Shown here: piece after piece, positions 21,199 through 30,051 of the stretch
Position numbering within the stretch: position 1 is the stretch's first letter
How the letters are laid out: every line of letters begins with the position of its first letter
Made by a program: the position numbers and the translations under genes
Notes under the pieces: model-generated
What the model was told of the DNA's origin: nothing
The model's input: the letters and a program-made list of their open reading frames with translations, nothing else
Databases searched by the model: none
From: an uncultured Verrucomicrobiae bacterium
GTDB lineage: Bacteria > Verrucomicrobiota > Verrucomicrobiia > Limisphaerales > Palsa-1400
Assembly: GCA_963702845.1 (NCBI GenBank)
Contig: OY969763.1
Coordinates: 3,040,001-3,104,000 of the forward strand
DNA length: 64,000 nucleotides
Reading direction: 5' to 3'

Positions 21199-22174
21199 TT
21201 AGCTCGCGACCGATTTCGGCAGCGTCGAAACCTGAATCGAGTTTCACCGAAATCAGTTTGCGAAGTCGGAAATTTCTCGCCATCCGGCCCTTTGCCCCGG
21301 TTCACGGTATATTCTTCGTGAACGATACTATCGGTGGTAATTCCCGCTTCAGGATCAAACCAGTATCGTCCGTAAAATTTGCTGTCCTCGAGCGGAGCTC
21401 TTACTCTTGGATTTCGGACTGGTAATCGTTCCTTCAAATTCAATCAGCGCGCACTTGCGGCTCATCGTGCCATTGCCAGCCGCGGAACGTGTAATTCGCA
21501 TCCGATTGCAAACCGTTGTTCAGGTCATCTGTCTGATGCCACGTATCCCCAACGCGCACCGACTTGTCGGGCAGATGATTGAACTCCACCATCTGCCTCA
21601 CCGTGGATGTCGTAAACAGCCGGCGCACGTACCCATCTACCTTGCGCATGTTCTTTTTCGCCGTCGCCGCATTCACTTGTTCATCGAGCCCCACCACCTT
21701 CACCAAAGTGTCATGCTTCGATAATTCAGCGCTGAAATGTGTGTGAATCATGTTCCGCATCGCTTCCGCAAAATCCCCAACCATCGGCACCGCGCGATTT
21801 TCCGAATCGAAATAAAGTTTCGTCTCATCGCCGGTAAAAACCTGCAAAACGAGTGCGAGATATTCGACGTCCAGTTGCTTATGCGCTTTGCTGGTCTCGT
21901 TCGTGACCATCAAACGGTAGTCTGTCTCGAAGTGTGTCTCCTGCGAATCGGTCCCAAATTTCCATTTACTGGAACGATAGCTGTTATCTGTCTCTAAATG
22001 GAACGCATACCGGCGGTCCGGTTTCAGTTCACATTTCAACTCAACGGCAGGATCACTGGAACTGCCGGTGATCTCCGGCTCGACTTCCGTACTGAATGCA
22101 CTCGCTTTGTGCGAGCATCCGGAAATCAAAACCAACGTTGCTAAACTAACAGCGCAAAATAACGCGTGCCTCAT
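21195..22174 (-). CDS. Hypothetical lipoprotein (possibly DUF6263-like), frameshifted near 21460 and 21390
   Basis: Lipobox LISGC; continuation RKCALIEFEGTIT...LEDSKFYGRYWFDPEAG in other frames. Confidence 0.6.
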
Positions 22175-22221
22175 CTATTGGCATAGACGCTACCCAGACG
22201 GAAGTTGTTACGCAAACCTCC

Positions 22222-22270
22222 GCTACCTCACAGGCTGATCCTTGCAGGATAAGGCCTGCCCGTGAGGAGC
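22222..22270. other. Long stem-loop downstream of the GH43 gene (terminator-like or repeat element)
   Basis: CCTCAC/GTGAGG, CAGGC/GCCTG and ATCC/GGAT nested stems with a TTGC loop (GCAA on the minus strand); no clear U tract. Confidence 0.45.
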
Positions 22271-22283
22271 GGTGGGGGAAAAG

Positions 22284-23264
22284 TTACGCGACCAGGGGTG
22301 CCAATGCAGGCTGTGCCACCGGACGAACGGACGGAACAGGACGAATGACTTCGGTCACAACCGGCGCGGGTTTCGTTTCAGGCGACGGAATACCAAACAC
22401 CGGATGGTCGTTGTGCCAGGAAAACCGTTGTGTATGAACATGGCGATCGTCCCAACCCTTTTTGCGCTTCGATTTGGCGTGGTAAACGATCCAATCCTCA
22501 GTCTGGCAGGCCGACTTCACGAACGAACAATGTCCAACGCCCCAAATCTTATCGGTCTTCTGGAACACCGGCGCTTCCACAATCTTGCGCCATGCCGACG
22601 GCTTCATCACGTCAGCTTCGTTGTCCAAAACGATCATTCCGAGACAATAATCAACCGTCCAACTCGCGCTGGCGGAGTAAACGACGAACGTCTTGCCATT
22701 ACGCTTTAGCACCTGCGGACCTTCGCAAATGGACATCGTGTTCTTCTCCCATGCTTCAGTCGGGCTCGTCAAAAGTGTACGTTTCTCGGCGAGTGTCCAC
22801 GGATTGGACATCGGCGCGATATACAGATTTTGCTGTCCATCTTCGCCGCCGGGCCAGCCCGACCACACCATATAACGCTTCCCGTTCGCTTCGAGAATCG
22901 TGCCGTCGATAGCCCAACCCTGCGTGTCCAACATGCCTTTGCAGCGGTAAGGCCCTTGCGGATCATCCGTTTCAGCTTCGAGCACCCACATGCGGTGGTT
23001 CTTGTTCTTACCATCGTCAGCGGCGTAGTAGATGTACCACTTGCCTTCGATAAAATGTAATTCCGGTGCCCAAACGTTTTTGCTGTTCGCCGCACCTTGC
23101 GGCGGCTCCCAGACTTTAACGTTCTCCGCCATGGCGATGTCGAAAATCGTGCCCGCCTTGCGGACGTGCAGGGTCGTTTGGTTACGGCTCTCGCAGAAAT
23201 AGTAGTTGCCGTTGTGGAAAACCATCCAGGGGTCTGCTGCGGGTGCGGGAATCAGGGCGCTCAT
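22284..23264 (-). CDS. Glycoside hydrolase family 43 (arabinofuranosidase-like)
   Basis: ADPW, WAPELH, AIDGT, EGPQ, YSAS and GHCSF motifs. Confidence 0.9.
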   Translation of the reverse strand: MSALIPAPAADPWMVFHNGNYYFCESRNQTTLHVRKAGTIFDIAMAENVKVWEPPQGAANSKNVWAPELHFIEGKWYIYYAADDGKNKNHRMWVLEAETDDPQGPYRCKGMLDTQGWAIDGTILEANGKRYMVWSGWPGGEDGQQNLYIAPMSNPWTLAEKRTLLTSPTEAWEKNTMSICEGPQVLKRNGKTFVVYSASASWTVDYCLGMIVLDNEADVMKPSAWRKIVEAPVFQKTDKIWGVGHCSFVKSACQTEDWIVYHAKSKRKKGWDDRHVHTQRFSWHNDHPVFGIPSPETKPAPVVTEVIRPVPSVRPVAQPALAPLVA

Positions 23265-23388
23265 GCTCGGTTTGTCTTGAATCCAGACAGGTGTCTTTAA
23301 CAGTTCGTGTTCGGTTGTTCGTTTTTCCTAAGGCTTTCGCCTTGTTTTTTGGTCCGCCGGTTCCTTGGTCGCCGGACAGGAGGAAATT

Positions 23389-23405
23389 AGCTAGTGCGAT
23401 GCCAA
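23389..23405 (-). promoter_or_regulatory. Candidate sigma-54 -24/-12 promoter upstream of GH43
   Basis: Minus strand TTGGCATCGCACTAGCT has the GG-N10-GC spacing, about 125 bp upstream of the start. Confidence 0.45.
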
Positions 23406-23494
23406 CGTGAAAAAATCTGACAAATTTCCACCCTGATTTTTCAACACCTGCTTTACTCCTCCAACGTACAAAGAGGAAGCACCAAACCGGCCAA

Positions 23495-23563
23495 CTTTGG
23501 TGCCGACTTGGTGCTTTGAAATTTGGTGCTTCTCTGGAGCCTAGTTCGTGGAGCTTGGAGCTT
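23495..23563. repeat. Degenerate heptamer repeat tract (TTGGTGC/TTGGAGC) next to the fumC stop
   Basis: ttggtgccgacttggtgctttgaaatttggtgcttctctggagc...ggagcttggagcttt; similar to 26680-26734. Confidence 0.6.
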
Positions 23564-23565
23564 TC

Positions 23566-24984
23566 TTACCCTCCGGAACCCGCCATCTCCACCCCACCCG
23601 GCTCACACTGTTTCGACGGATCGAGCAACTCATTCAGCTTGCTCTTTTCCAACCCGGAAATCTCCTCCGCCACCTGCCGAATTGTGCGATTCGTCTCCAT
23701 GGCAACTTTCGCGATCTTGGCGGCTTTATCGTAACCAATCACCGGCGCAAGCACCGTGCAATTCATCAAGCTCAATTCCAGGTTGGCATTGCACTTCTCG
23801 CGATCAGCCTGCAATCCATTGATACACCGGCGCGCAAATACCTGGCTGCCACTCGCGAGCAGTTCAATCGATTCCAACAAATTATGCGCCAACACCGGCA
23901 TCATGACGTTCAGTTCAAAATTGCCGAACGCGCCGCTCACCGTGATTGCGCTGTCGTTGCCGATCACTTGCGCGCAAACCTGCATCAACATTTCCGACAT
24001 CACCGGATTCACCTTTCCCGGCATGATCGACGAACCCGGCTGAGTGGACGGCAATTTAATTTCACCCAAACCCAATCGTGGCCCCGAACCAAGGAACCGA
24101 ATATCGTTAGCAATCTTGATCAAACCAACCGCCACAGTTTTCAAAGCAGCGCTGGCTTCAACAGCAGCGTCACGTGACCCTTGCGCTTCAAAATGATTCT
24201 CCGCTTCGGTCAATGGCAATCCAATCTCCTTCATCAACCCCTGAATCGTCCGTCGCGCAAAATCCGGATGCGTATTAATACCAGTGCCCACAGCCGTTCC
24301 ACCGAGTGCCAACTCCTCGAGGTTCTTACGCACGCTCTGGACGCGCACAACTCCGTGCTGCACCTGGCTCGCATATCCACTGAACTCCTGCCCCAACCGA
24401 ATCGGCGTCGCGTCCTGCAAATGCGTCCGACCGATCTTCAACACGTCATGAAATTCCTTGGCCTTTTTGTCCAAGGCTTCGTGCAATTCCTTCAACGCCG
24501 GAATCAATCGCTTATCAATCGCCTCCAATGCCGCAACATGAATCGCCGTCGGAATCACGTCGTTGCTCGATTGCCCACGATTCACGTGATCATTCGGATG
24601 CACCTTCTTATCGCCACGTTTGCCGCCCATGATTTCCACCGCGCGATTCGCGATCACCTCATTGGCGTTCATGTTCGTCGAAGTGCCTGAGCCCGTCTGG
24701 AAAATATCCAAAACAAATTCCGCATCCCACTTCCCGTCCGCGACTTCTTGCGCCGCCTGCTCAATCGCATTGGCGACATCAGCCGATAAATAACCGAGCC
24801 CGTGGTTCGTGATCGCCGCCTGCTTTTTAATCAGGCCAATCGCGCGAATAAACGAACGCGGGAATCGCAGATTGCTGATTGGAAAATTCTCAACCGCACG
24901 CGCCGTCTGCGCGCCGTAATAGGCATTTGCGGGAACCTGCATTTGCCCCATCGAATCCGACTCAGTCCGAAAAGAATTACTCAT
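23566..24984 (-). CDS. fumC: Class II fumarate hydratase
   Basis: QTGSGTSTNMNANE, HPNDHVN..QSSND, KIGRTHLQDATP and GSSIMPGKVNP signature. Confidence 0.96.
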   Translation of the reverse strand: MSNSFRTESDSMGQMQVPANAYYGAQTARAVENFPISNLRFPRSFIRAIGLIKKQAAITNHGLGYLSADVANAIEQAAQEVADGKWDAEFVLDIFQTGSGTSTNMNANEVIANRAVEIMGGKRGDKKVHPNDHVNRGQSSNDVIPTAIHVAALEAIDKRLIPALKELHEALDKKAKEFHDVLKIGRTHLQDATPIRLGQEFSGYASQVQHGVVRVQSVRKNLEELALGGTAVGTGINTHPDFARRTIQGLMKEIGLPLTEAENHFEAQGSRDAAVEASAALKTVAVGLIKIANDIRFLGSGPRLGLGEIKLPSTQPGSSIMPGKVNPVMSEMLMQVCAQVIGNDSAITVSGAFGNFELNVMMPVLAHNLLESIELLASGSQVFARRCINGLQADREKCNANLELSLMNCTVLAPVIGYDKAAKIAKVAMETNRTIRQVAEEISGLEKSKLNELLDPSKQCEPGGVEMAGSGG

Positions 24985-25117
24985 AACTTTCTCAATTTTT
25001 AATCGCGCGGAGCATGAAGAATCCCTCGCCCTAAAGCAAGGTCAAGCACGGCGCATCTTGCCTCAAGTCAAAGTAGCATTGACACCACATCCGCATGCCC
25101 CAACGATACCGAACCTC

Positions 25118-26134
25118 ATGCGTCCAACACGAAAGCTCAACTGGTTTCTAACGCTGGCCATTTCTCTCTGCGTCTTTGTCGCCACAACCCACGCAGCAAA
25201 CTTAAAACTCCTCTCCGTCAAAAAAATCTGGGATGCCGCTCCGCACAATGCCTTCACCGACCTGACCCGTTTCAACAACCAATGGTTCTGCACCTTTCGC
25301 GAATCCCAGGCGCACGTCGGTGGCAACGGCAAAATTCGCATCCTCACCTCAACCGACGGCGACACTTGGAGATCCGCTGCCCTCCTCGAAGAATCCGGCA
25401 TTGATCTGCGCGACCCCAAACTCTCCATCACACCCGACAACCGCCTCATGCTGACGATCGGCGGCTCAGTTTACGAAAACAAGAAACTCATCAGCCGCCA
25501 ATCTCGTGTGTCGTTTTCAACAGGCGGCACAACCTGGACCACTCCTCAGCTAGTCCTCAGCAAAGGCGACTGGCTCTGGCGCGTCACCTGGCACAAAGGC
25601 CACGCCTACGGGATGGATTATCACTCCGGCAAAACAAAACCCGGGTTTGTCCTCACCGTCGTCGAAAGCACCAACGGCATCGACTTCAAACCACTGCAGG
25701 ATTTTGAAATCCCGGCAAATCCAAACGAGGCCACCGCACGTTTCCTCGCGAATGATGATTGCATTATCCTCGCCCGCCGCGAAGGCACCGCTAAAGATCG
25801 CACCGACAATAGCGCATGGATCGGCGTGGCTTCTCTACCTTATAAAACCTGGAAATGGCACCCTGCGGGAATGTCAGTCGGCGGTCCAAACTTCATCGTG
25901 CTTCCGAACGGCGAAATGATTGCCGCCGGCCGCATGAACCCGGGTAAGCAGGCCAAAACCTTCGTCGGCCACATGACCAAAACCAGCGTCACGCCCGACC
26001 TCATTCTTCCAAGCGGCGGCGATTGCAGCTATCCCGGCATGGTCTGGCATGACAACAAACTTTGGCTTACGTATTACTCCAGCCACGAAGGCAAAACCTC
26101 AATCTATCTTGCGAAAATTGCTATGACCCCGTAG
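25118..26134 (+). CDS. Secreted BNR/Asp-box beta-propeller protein (exo-alpha-sialidase-like)
   Basis: Signal peptide from ATG 25118; HNAFTDL, STDGDTW, STGGTTW, STNGIDF, GDCSYPG, YYSSHEGKT. Confidence 0.75.
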   Translation: MRPTRKLNWFLTLAISLCVFVATTHAANLKLLSVKKIWDAAPHNAFTDLTRFNNQWFCTFRESQAHVGGNGKIRILTSTDGDTWRSAALLEESGIDLRDPKLSITPDNRLMLTIGGSVYENKKLISRQSRVSFSTGGTTWTTPQLVLSKGDWLWRVTWHKGHAYGMDYHSGKTKPGFVLTVVESTNGIDFKPLQDFEIPANPNEATARFLANDDCIILARREGTAKDRTDNSAWIGVASLPYKTWKWHPAGMSVGGPNFIVLPNGEMIAAGRMNPGKQAKTFVGHMTKTSVTPDLILPSGGDCSYPGMVWHDNKLWLTYYSSHEGKTSIYLAKIAMTP

Positions 26135-26153
26135 CCGCCGACGTAAGAAGGCG
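26131..26153 (+). repeat. GTAG-type REP-like element
   Basis: GTAGCCGCCGACGTAAGAAGGCG overlaps the stop codon; related copy GCAGCAGCCGACGTTAGGAGGCTC at 32508-32531. Confidence 0.5.
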
Positions 26154-26193
26154 AATTCTCATCAAACTGTGTGGCTAAGGCCCGCGCTGTCTT

Positions 26194-26233
26194 GATTCGA
26201 TGTTGGACGTTGGAAGTTGGACGTTCGTCTTCG
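26194..26233. repeat. Heptamer tandem repeat (nGTTGGA)
   Basis: GATTCGA TGTTGGA CGTTGGA AGTTGGA CGTTCGT; the core TGTTGGACGTTGGA recurs at 63162-63175. Confidence 0.65.
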
Positions 26234-26254
26234 TTTGTCAGACGTTCGCTTCGT

Positions 26255-26623
26255 TTAACTCGGATTGAACCCGCCATCCTCCCCTTCGTCCGTTGCGATC
26301 ATTTGAACAACAGCCGAATCCACCTCTGCCGCGGCGTTCACCAGCACCGGCTTTTTGCCGCCATCCTTTAAATAATCAATAAGGGGCTTCAGATTCGGCA
26401 AAATCAATGTTTCCCTCGCTTCCGGCGCTCGGTCCAGACAAAACCCTGCACACTCTACAACCCCGAGCATTTTGAGAGCCCCCTTTCGCACCTCCGCGTT
26501 GGAAATCTTATATAAGTCCTCTCGTATCATCCCTGTCCACACCGTAAACCCCTGGCGCGACATCCCTTTTTCAACCTGCAATGACAACTTCTGCAACTTG
26601 GCAATCAACTGATCTAATCTCAC
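26255..26623 (-). CDS. Hypothetical protein (~122 aa)
   Basis: Open frame from GTG 26623 (RLDQLIAKLQKL...EGEDGGFNPS). The longer ORF-track version runs through the heptamer repeat and is unlikely. Confidence 0.55.
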   Translation of the reverse strand: MRLDQLIAKLQKLSLQVEKGMSRQGFTVWTGMIREDLYKISNAEVRKGALKMLGVVECAGFCLDRAPEARETLILPNLKPLIDYLKDGGKKPVLVNAAAEVDSAVVQMIATDEGEDGGFNPS

Positions 26624-26679
26624 AAGATTGCGAATAGCATACGTAATACCACAAATTCGTTTGGCGTTTTTTGGGTCCC

Positions 26680-26734
26680 TTGGAGCTTGGTCCTTGGAGC
26701 TTCTCTGGAATTTGGAGTTTGAAGTTTGGAACTT
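26680..26734. repeat. Degenerate heptamer repeat tract next to the esterase stop
   Basis: ttggagc ttggtcc ttggagc ttctctggaa tttggag tttgaag tttggaa ctt. Confidence 0.6.
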
Positions 26735-27710
26735 ACCTCCCCCCATACCCCTTCCATGCCCACAACAACGCTTCCGGCAACGTCTGTCCCAAAACCTTCC
26801 CATCCACATGCTTCGCCTCTTTCGCGAAATCGTAATGATAATGATACCCCTTCGCCTTCAACACCGCCGCCATCCGGTTATTCGCCATCACCCAATTGTG
26901 ATACGAAGCTTCATCCCGATCGAACCCGATATCGTGATCGCCAACCTCCAACCAAATCCGCAACGGCTTGCGCGAACCCTGCGGAATCAAATGCTCATGA
27001 TACTCCCAGGCCCCATGCGGCGTCTTTGGATCATCAGGCGACTGTTGCGCCACAAACGTCCCTGAAAAAGTAATAATCCGATGCCACAAATCCGTCCGAT
27101 ACCACCCCATCGTCAACGCGCAAGCACCACCCGAACTCCCACCCATCGTCGCGCGCCCATCCGGGTCCTTTGTAAAATTAACACCGTAATCCCGGGTAAT
27201 CCTCGGCAACACCTCCGTCTCGATATAATTAGCATACCGATCCGACAACGTGTCGTATTCCAACCCGCGCTCACTGCCCTTCCCATCACCGCCACCTGCG
27301 TTAATGAACACCGCCACCATTGCCGGCAAGCGCCGTTCCGCGATCAGATTATCCAAAATATTAGTCACCCGTTTCAAATAATGCTGTCCATCCTGCACCA
27401 ACAACAGCGGTGCCGCCGTCCCCTTCTTATATTGCGCCGGCACATACACCCAAACCTTCCGCTGATACGGCCCATTCAACCCCGGATAAATTTTGCTATC
27501 CCGCGACTCCATCACAAATTCATGCACCGCCCCCTTCGGAACACCCGCGCGCGCCACCACCTCCGCCGCATCCGAATAATTCGGCCCAATCACAAAATTC
27601 CCATCCTTCGGCGCCTTCGTCCCATTTGGCGCGCCAAAACACAATCCTGCCGACATAAAAGCTACAACACACGAAATCGAAATCATCCGATGAATAAGAC
27701 AAGGCAGCAT
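26733..27710 (-). CDS. Secreted Fes/enterochelin-esterase-like alpha/beta hydrolase
   Basis: RKVWVYVPAQY, LLLVQDG, RGLEYD, nucleophile elbow GGSSGG, C-terminal catalytic His (AKHVD); probable signal peptide. Confidence 0.85.
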   Translation of the reverse strand: MLPCLIHRMISISCVVAFMSAGLCFGAPNGTKAPKDGNFVIGPNYSDAAEVVARAGVPKGAVHEFVMESRDSKIYPGLNGPYQRKVWVYVPAQYKKGTAAPLLLVQDGQHYLKRVTNILDNLIAERRLPAMVAVFINAGGGDGKGSERGLEYDTLSDRYANYIETEVLPRITRDYGVNFTKDPDGRATMGGSSGGACALTMGWYRTDLWHRIITFSGTFVAQQSPDDPKTPHGAWEYHEHLIPQGSRKPLRIWLEVGDHDIGFDRDEASYHNWVMANNRMAAVLKAKGYHYHYDFAKEAKHVDGKVLGQTLPEALLWAWKGYGGR

Positions 27711-27832
27711 CCACCCTCAATACAACAAACCTCCTCAGCAGCGCAATGCCTCGCATCCAGGTCACCGATTTCCCTCGCGGCCGCTTGTGCCGAAGGCACA
27801 TACCCGTTAACCCGCAGGATTTTTATTGCTCT

Positions 27833-27857
27833 CTTATTGAGACTGTGTCGCAATAAG
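27833..27857. promoter_or_regulatory. Palindromic operator (Fur-box-like) upstream of the AraC gene
   Basis: CTTATTGAGAC-TGT-GTCGCAATAAG, 10 of 11 arm positions complementary, ending 5 bp before the GTG start. Confidence 0.6.
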
Positions 27858-27862
27858 GAATA

Positions 27863-28822
27863 GTGGGTTTGAAATCAAACAAGTCCCAAATCGAACCCGA
27901 TCCTGCCGATAAAAACTGGCAAGGCACCGACTCCGACTGCAAGCACCTCTACGGCGATCTGCGCGACGCAGGCGTGACCTTCGAGTGGCAGGATTTCAAG
28001 CTGACGAATACTCCCTTCGATTGGGCCACCCGTTTCCAGCAAGGCACCGTCGAGATTTGCCTCAATATCCTTGGCAGCGGCACCGTTATTTGCGCGGGCA
28101 AACGGACGGAGTTCACGCAAAGAACCGGTGCTTTTTATTGCCATGGCGACACCCCTCTCACCGCGACTCGCAATGCTGGCGAGCAGCACCAGTTTTTTAG
28201 CATAAAATTTTCCCCGGCTTTTTTGCGGGACCATTTGCGTCAAAACACCGGGGGACTCCATTCGCTCATTGGCGCCTTGCTCGCGAAGTCCAAAATCATT
28301 TCGGGCGCATCGAACCCTGTGCCATTGAACAATCGTCAACTGCAGTTGCTGACGAGCCTGCGCCATCCGCCCTTCGTCCAGGCGACGCAGTTCTTGTGGT
28401 ACCAGAGCAAGGCACTGGAATTAATGATCGAGTTCTTTTTTCCAGAACCGAGCGGCAAAGATTTCTTTTGCGTGCGACAAAAAGCAGTCGCTCAGGAGCG
28501 GGTTAAAAAAGTCATCGCCATCCTGTCACAACACTTTGCCGAACCGCCGGCATTGGAAGAAATCGCCAGAACCGTCGGGTGCAGCCATTTCTATCTCAGC
28601 CGGACTTTTTCCACCGAAACCGGCATGACCATCTCGCTTTACTTACGTCAAGTGCGCATGGAAAAAGCCGCCGAGCTCTTAAAGAGTGGAAAATTCAACG
28701 TCACCGAAGTAGCGATGGAAGTCGGATATTCCAGCCCTGGGCACTTCAGCAAAGCTTTCCGTGAAACATTCGATTGTTGCCCCGGACTTTACACGCTGGC
28801 TCCAAAACACGCCAAACTGTAG
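27863..28822 (+). CDS. AraC family transcriptional regulator (PchR/YbtA-like)
   Basis: LWYQSKALEL, PPALEEIARTVG, YLSRTF, RMEKAAELL, NVTEVAMEVGYSSPGHFSKAFRETF. Confidence 0.9.
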   Translation: MGLKSNKSQIEPDPADKNWQGTDSDCKHLYGDLRDAGVTFEWQDFKLTNTPFDWATRFQQGTVEICLNILGSGTVICAGKRTEFTQRTGAFYCHGDTPLTATRNAGEQHQFFSIKFSPAFLRDHLRQNTGGLHSLIGALLAKSKIISGASNPVPLNNRQLQLLTSLRHPPFVQATQFLWYQSKALELMIEFFFPEPSGKDFFCVRQKAVAQERVKKVIAILSQHFAEPPALEEIARTVGCSHFYLSRTFSTETGMTISLYLRQVRMEKAAELLKSGKFNVTEVAMEVGYSSPGHFSKAFRETFDCCPGLYTLAPKHAKL

Positions 28823-28844
28823 CGAAAGCCCGGGCAATCGTATC

Positions 28845-28881
28845 GCAACCAAACGCCAGCAATTAGCAACCCAACGCAAGC
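28845..28881 (+). promoter_or_regulatory. Direct repeat with 21-bp period, candidate AraC binding site
   Basis: GCAACCAAACGCCAGC (28845) and GCAACCCAACGCAAGC (28866), 14 of 16 identical, just upstream of the next gene. Confidence 0.55.
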
Positions 28882-28913
28882 GCGCGAAACACAGTTGATG
28901 CAAACTCTCTGGC

Positions 28914-29741
28914 GTGAAGTTCAAGTTGATCCTGAAAAAACGAGCACAAGCATTCACTCTCATTGAGTTGCTCGTCGTCATCGCCATCATCGCCATCCTC
29001 GCGAGCATGTTGCTCCCCGCTCTAGCCAACGCGAAAGCAAAGGCCCAACGCGCCGACTGCACCAGCAGCCTGCGCCAATGGGGATTGGCCCTGACCATGT
29101 ATCTGGATGACAACCGCCAAATTTTTCCGCTGGCCAAGATTGCCAATGGAACGCCGGGCGCCCCCGGCTACGACGAGGATCAGCCACACTGGAGCGACTT
29201 GGCAGCCTTTCACGCAGCAGGCCAAGGCGACAGTGTCTGGTATAACGCGCTGCCGCCTTACATCGGCAAAGCTGCGTTGTGGGCCTACGCGAATAATCCA
29301 AATAACATGTTCAGCAGCAAAACAATTTTCACCTGCCCCGCCGCTCTGATGCAGCCTTCAGAATTTGATCCCACCCGAATCGTTTTCAATTTCGGCATGA
29401 ACTACAAAGGAAACACAGGGCTGCCCAATGTTAGCTATGGGACCAATTTCGCCGGGACCATGGTCCGCAAACCATCTTCGTTTGTGTTCATATCTGACGT
29501 GCGCACCCATTCGACCGAACAGCCGTTCTACGGCACAAATCCGGCAAAAGAAGTGGGCTCGTCGCATTGTTGGGTGGCCCAACTCTCCTCGCGCCACAAC
29601 GCCGGCGCAGACCTGAATTTTGCAGACGGCCACGTCTCCTATTTCAAATACTCATACATCTGTTCCAACGCCGTGACCAAGGCGGTTGACCCGGGAAACA
29701 GTGACATCAACTGGACTTACGATGGCCAACGAGTCCCCTGA
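28914..29741 (+). CDS. Prepilin-type N-terminal cleavage/methylation protein with C-terminal H-X9-DG motif (DUF1559-like)
   Basis: [26 protein letters not shown]-terminus; [16 protein letters not shown]-terminal motif. Confidence 0.92.
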   Translation: MKFKLILKKRAQAFTLIELLVVIAIIAILASMLLPALANAKAKAQRADCTSSLRQWGLALTMYLDDNRQIFPLAKIANGTPGAPGYDEDQPHWSDLAAFHAAGQGDSVWYNALPPYIGKAALWAYANNPNNMFSSKTIFTCPAALMQPSEFDPTRIVFNFGMNYKGNTGLPNVSYGTNFAGTMVRKPSSFVFISDVRTHSTEQPFYGTNPAKEVGSSHCWVAQLSSRHNAGADLNFADGHVSYFKYSYICSNAVTKAVDPGNSDINWTYDGQRVP

Positions 29742-30051
29742 TTGATGGTTTGCGTTGCGGCTAACCTGTGAGTCACCGCACAACTTGGGCAACATTATGC
29801 GACCGCGGAGCACAGCCCCGTCGGGTGGCTTGCGCCACTGCGGGCAGGCTGTGGCGGAACAGGTTTATCCTTCACACCGTGTCTTTGTAGCCGAATAAAT
29901 TCTGACCTCTGTCCCGTTTTCACGCTACCGCGCTGCCCCAGCAAATATAGTTGACAGTGTTCCACGTTTCTCTAACGTCACTTCCACAGCCACTAACTTG
30001 CTCACACAGCATCCGGGTTGGGTTTTAACAACGTAACGAGAGGAAATTTTT

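Noticed and set aside
26194..26734. CRISPR array
   Set aside because: Repeats are 7-bp degenerate tandem units without unique spacers, and no cas genes are present.
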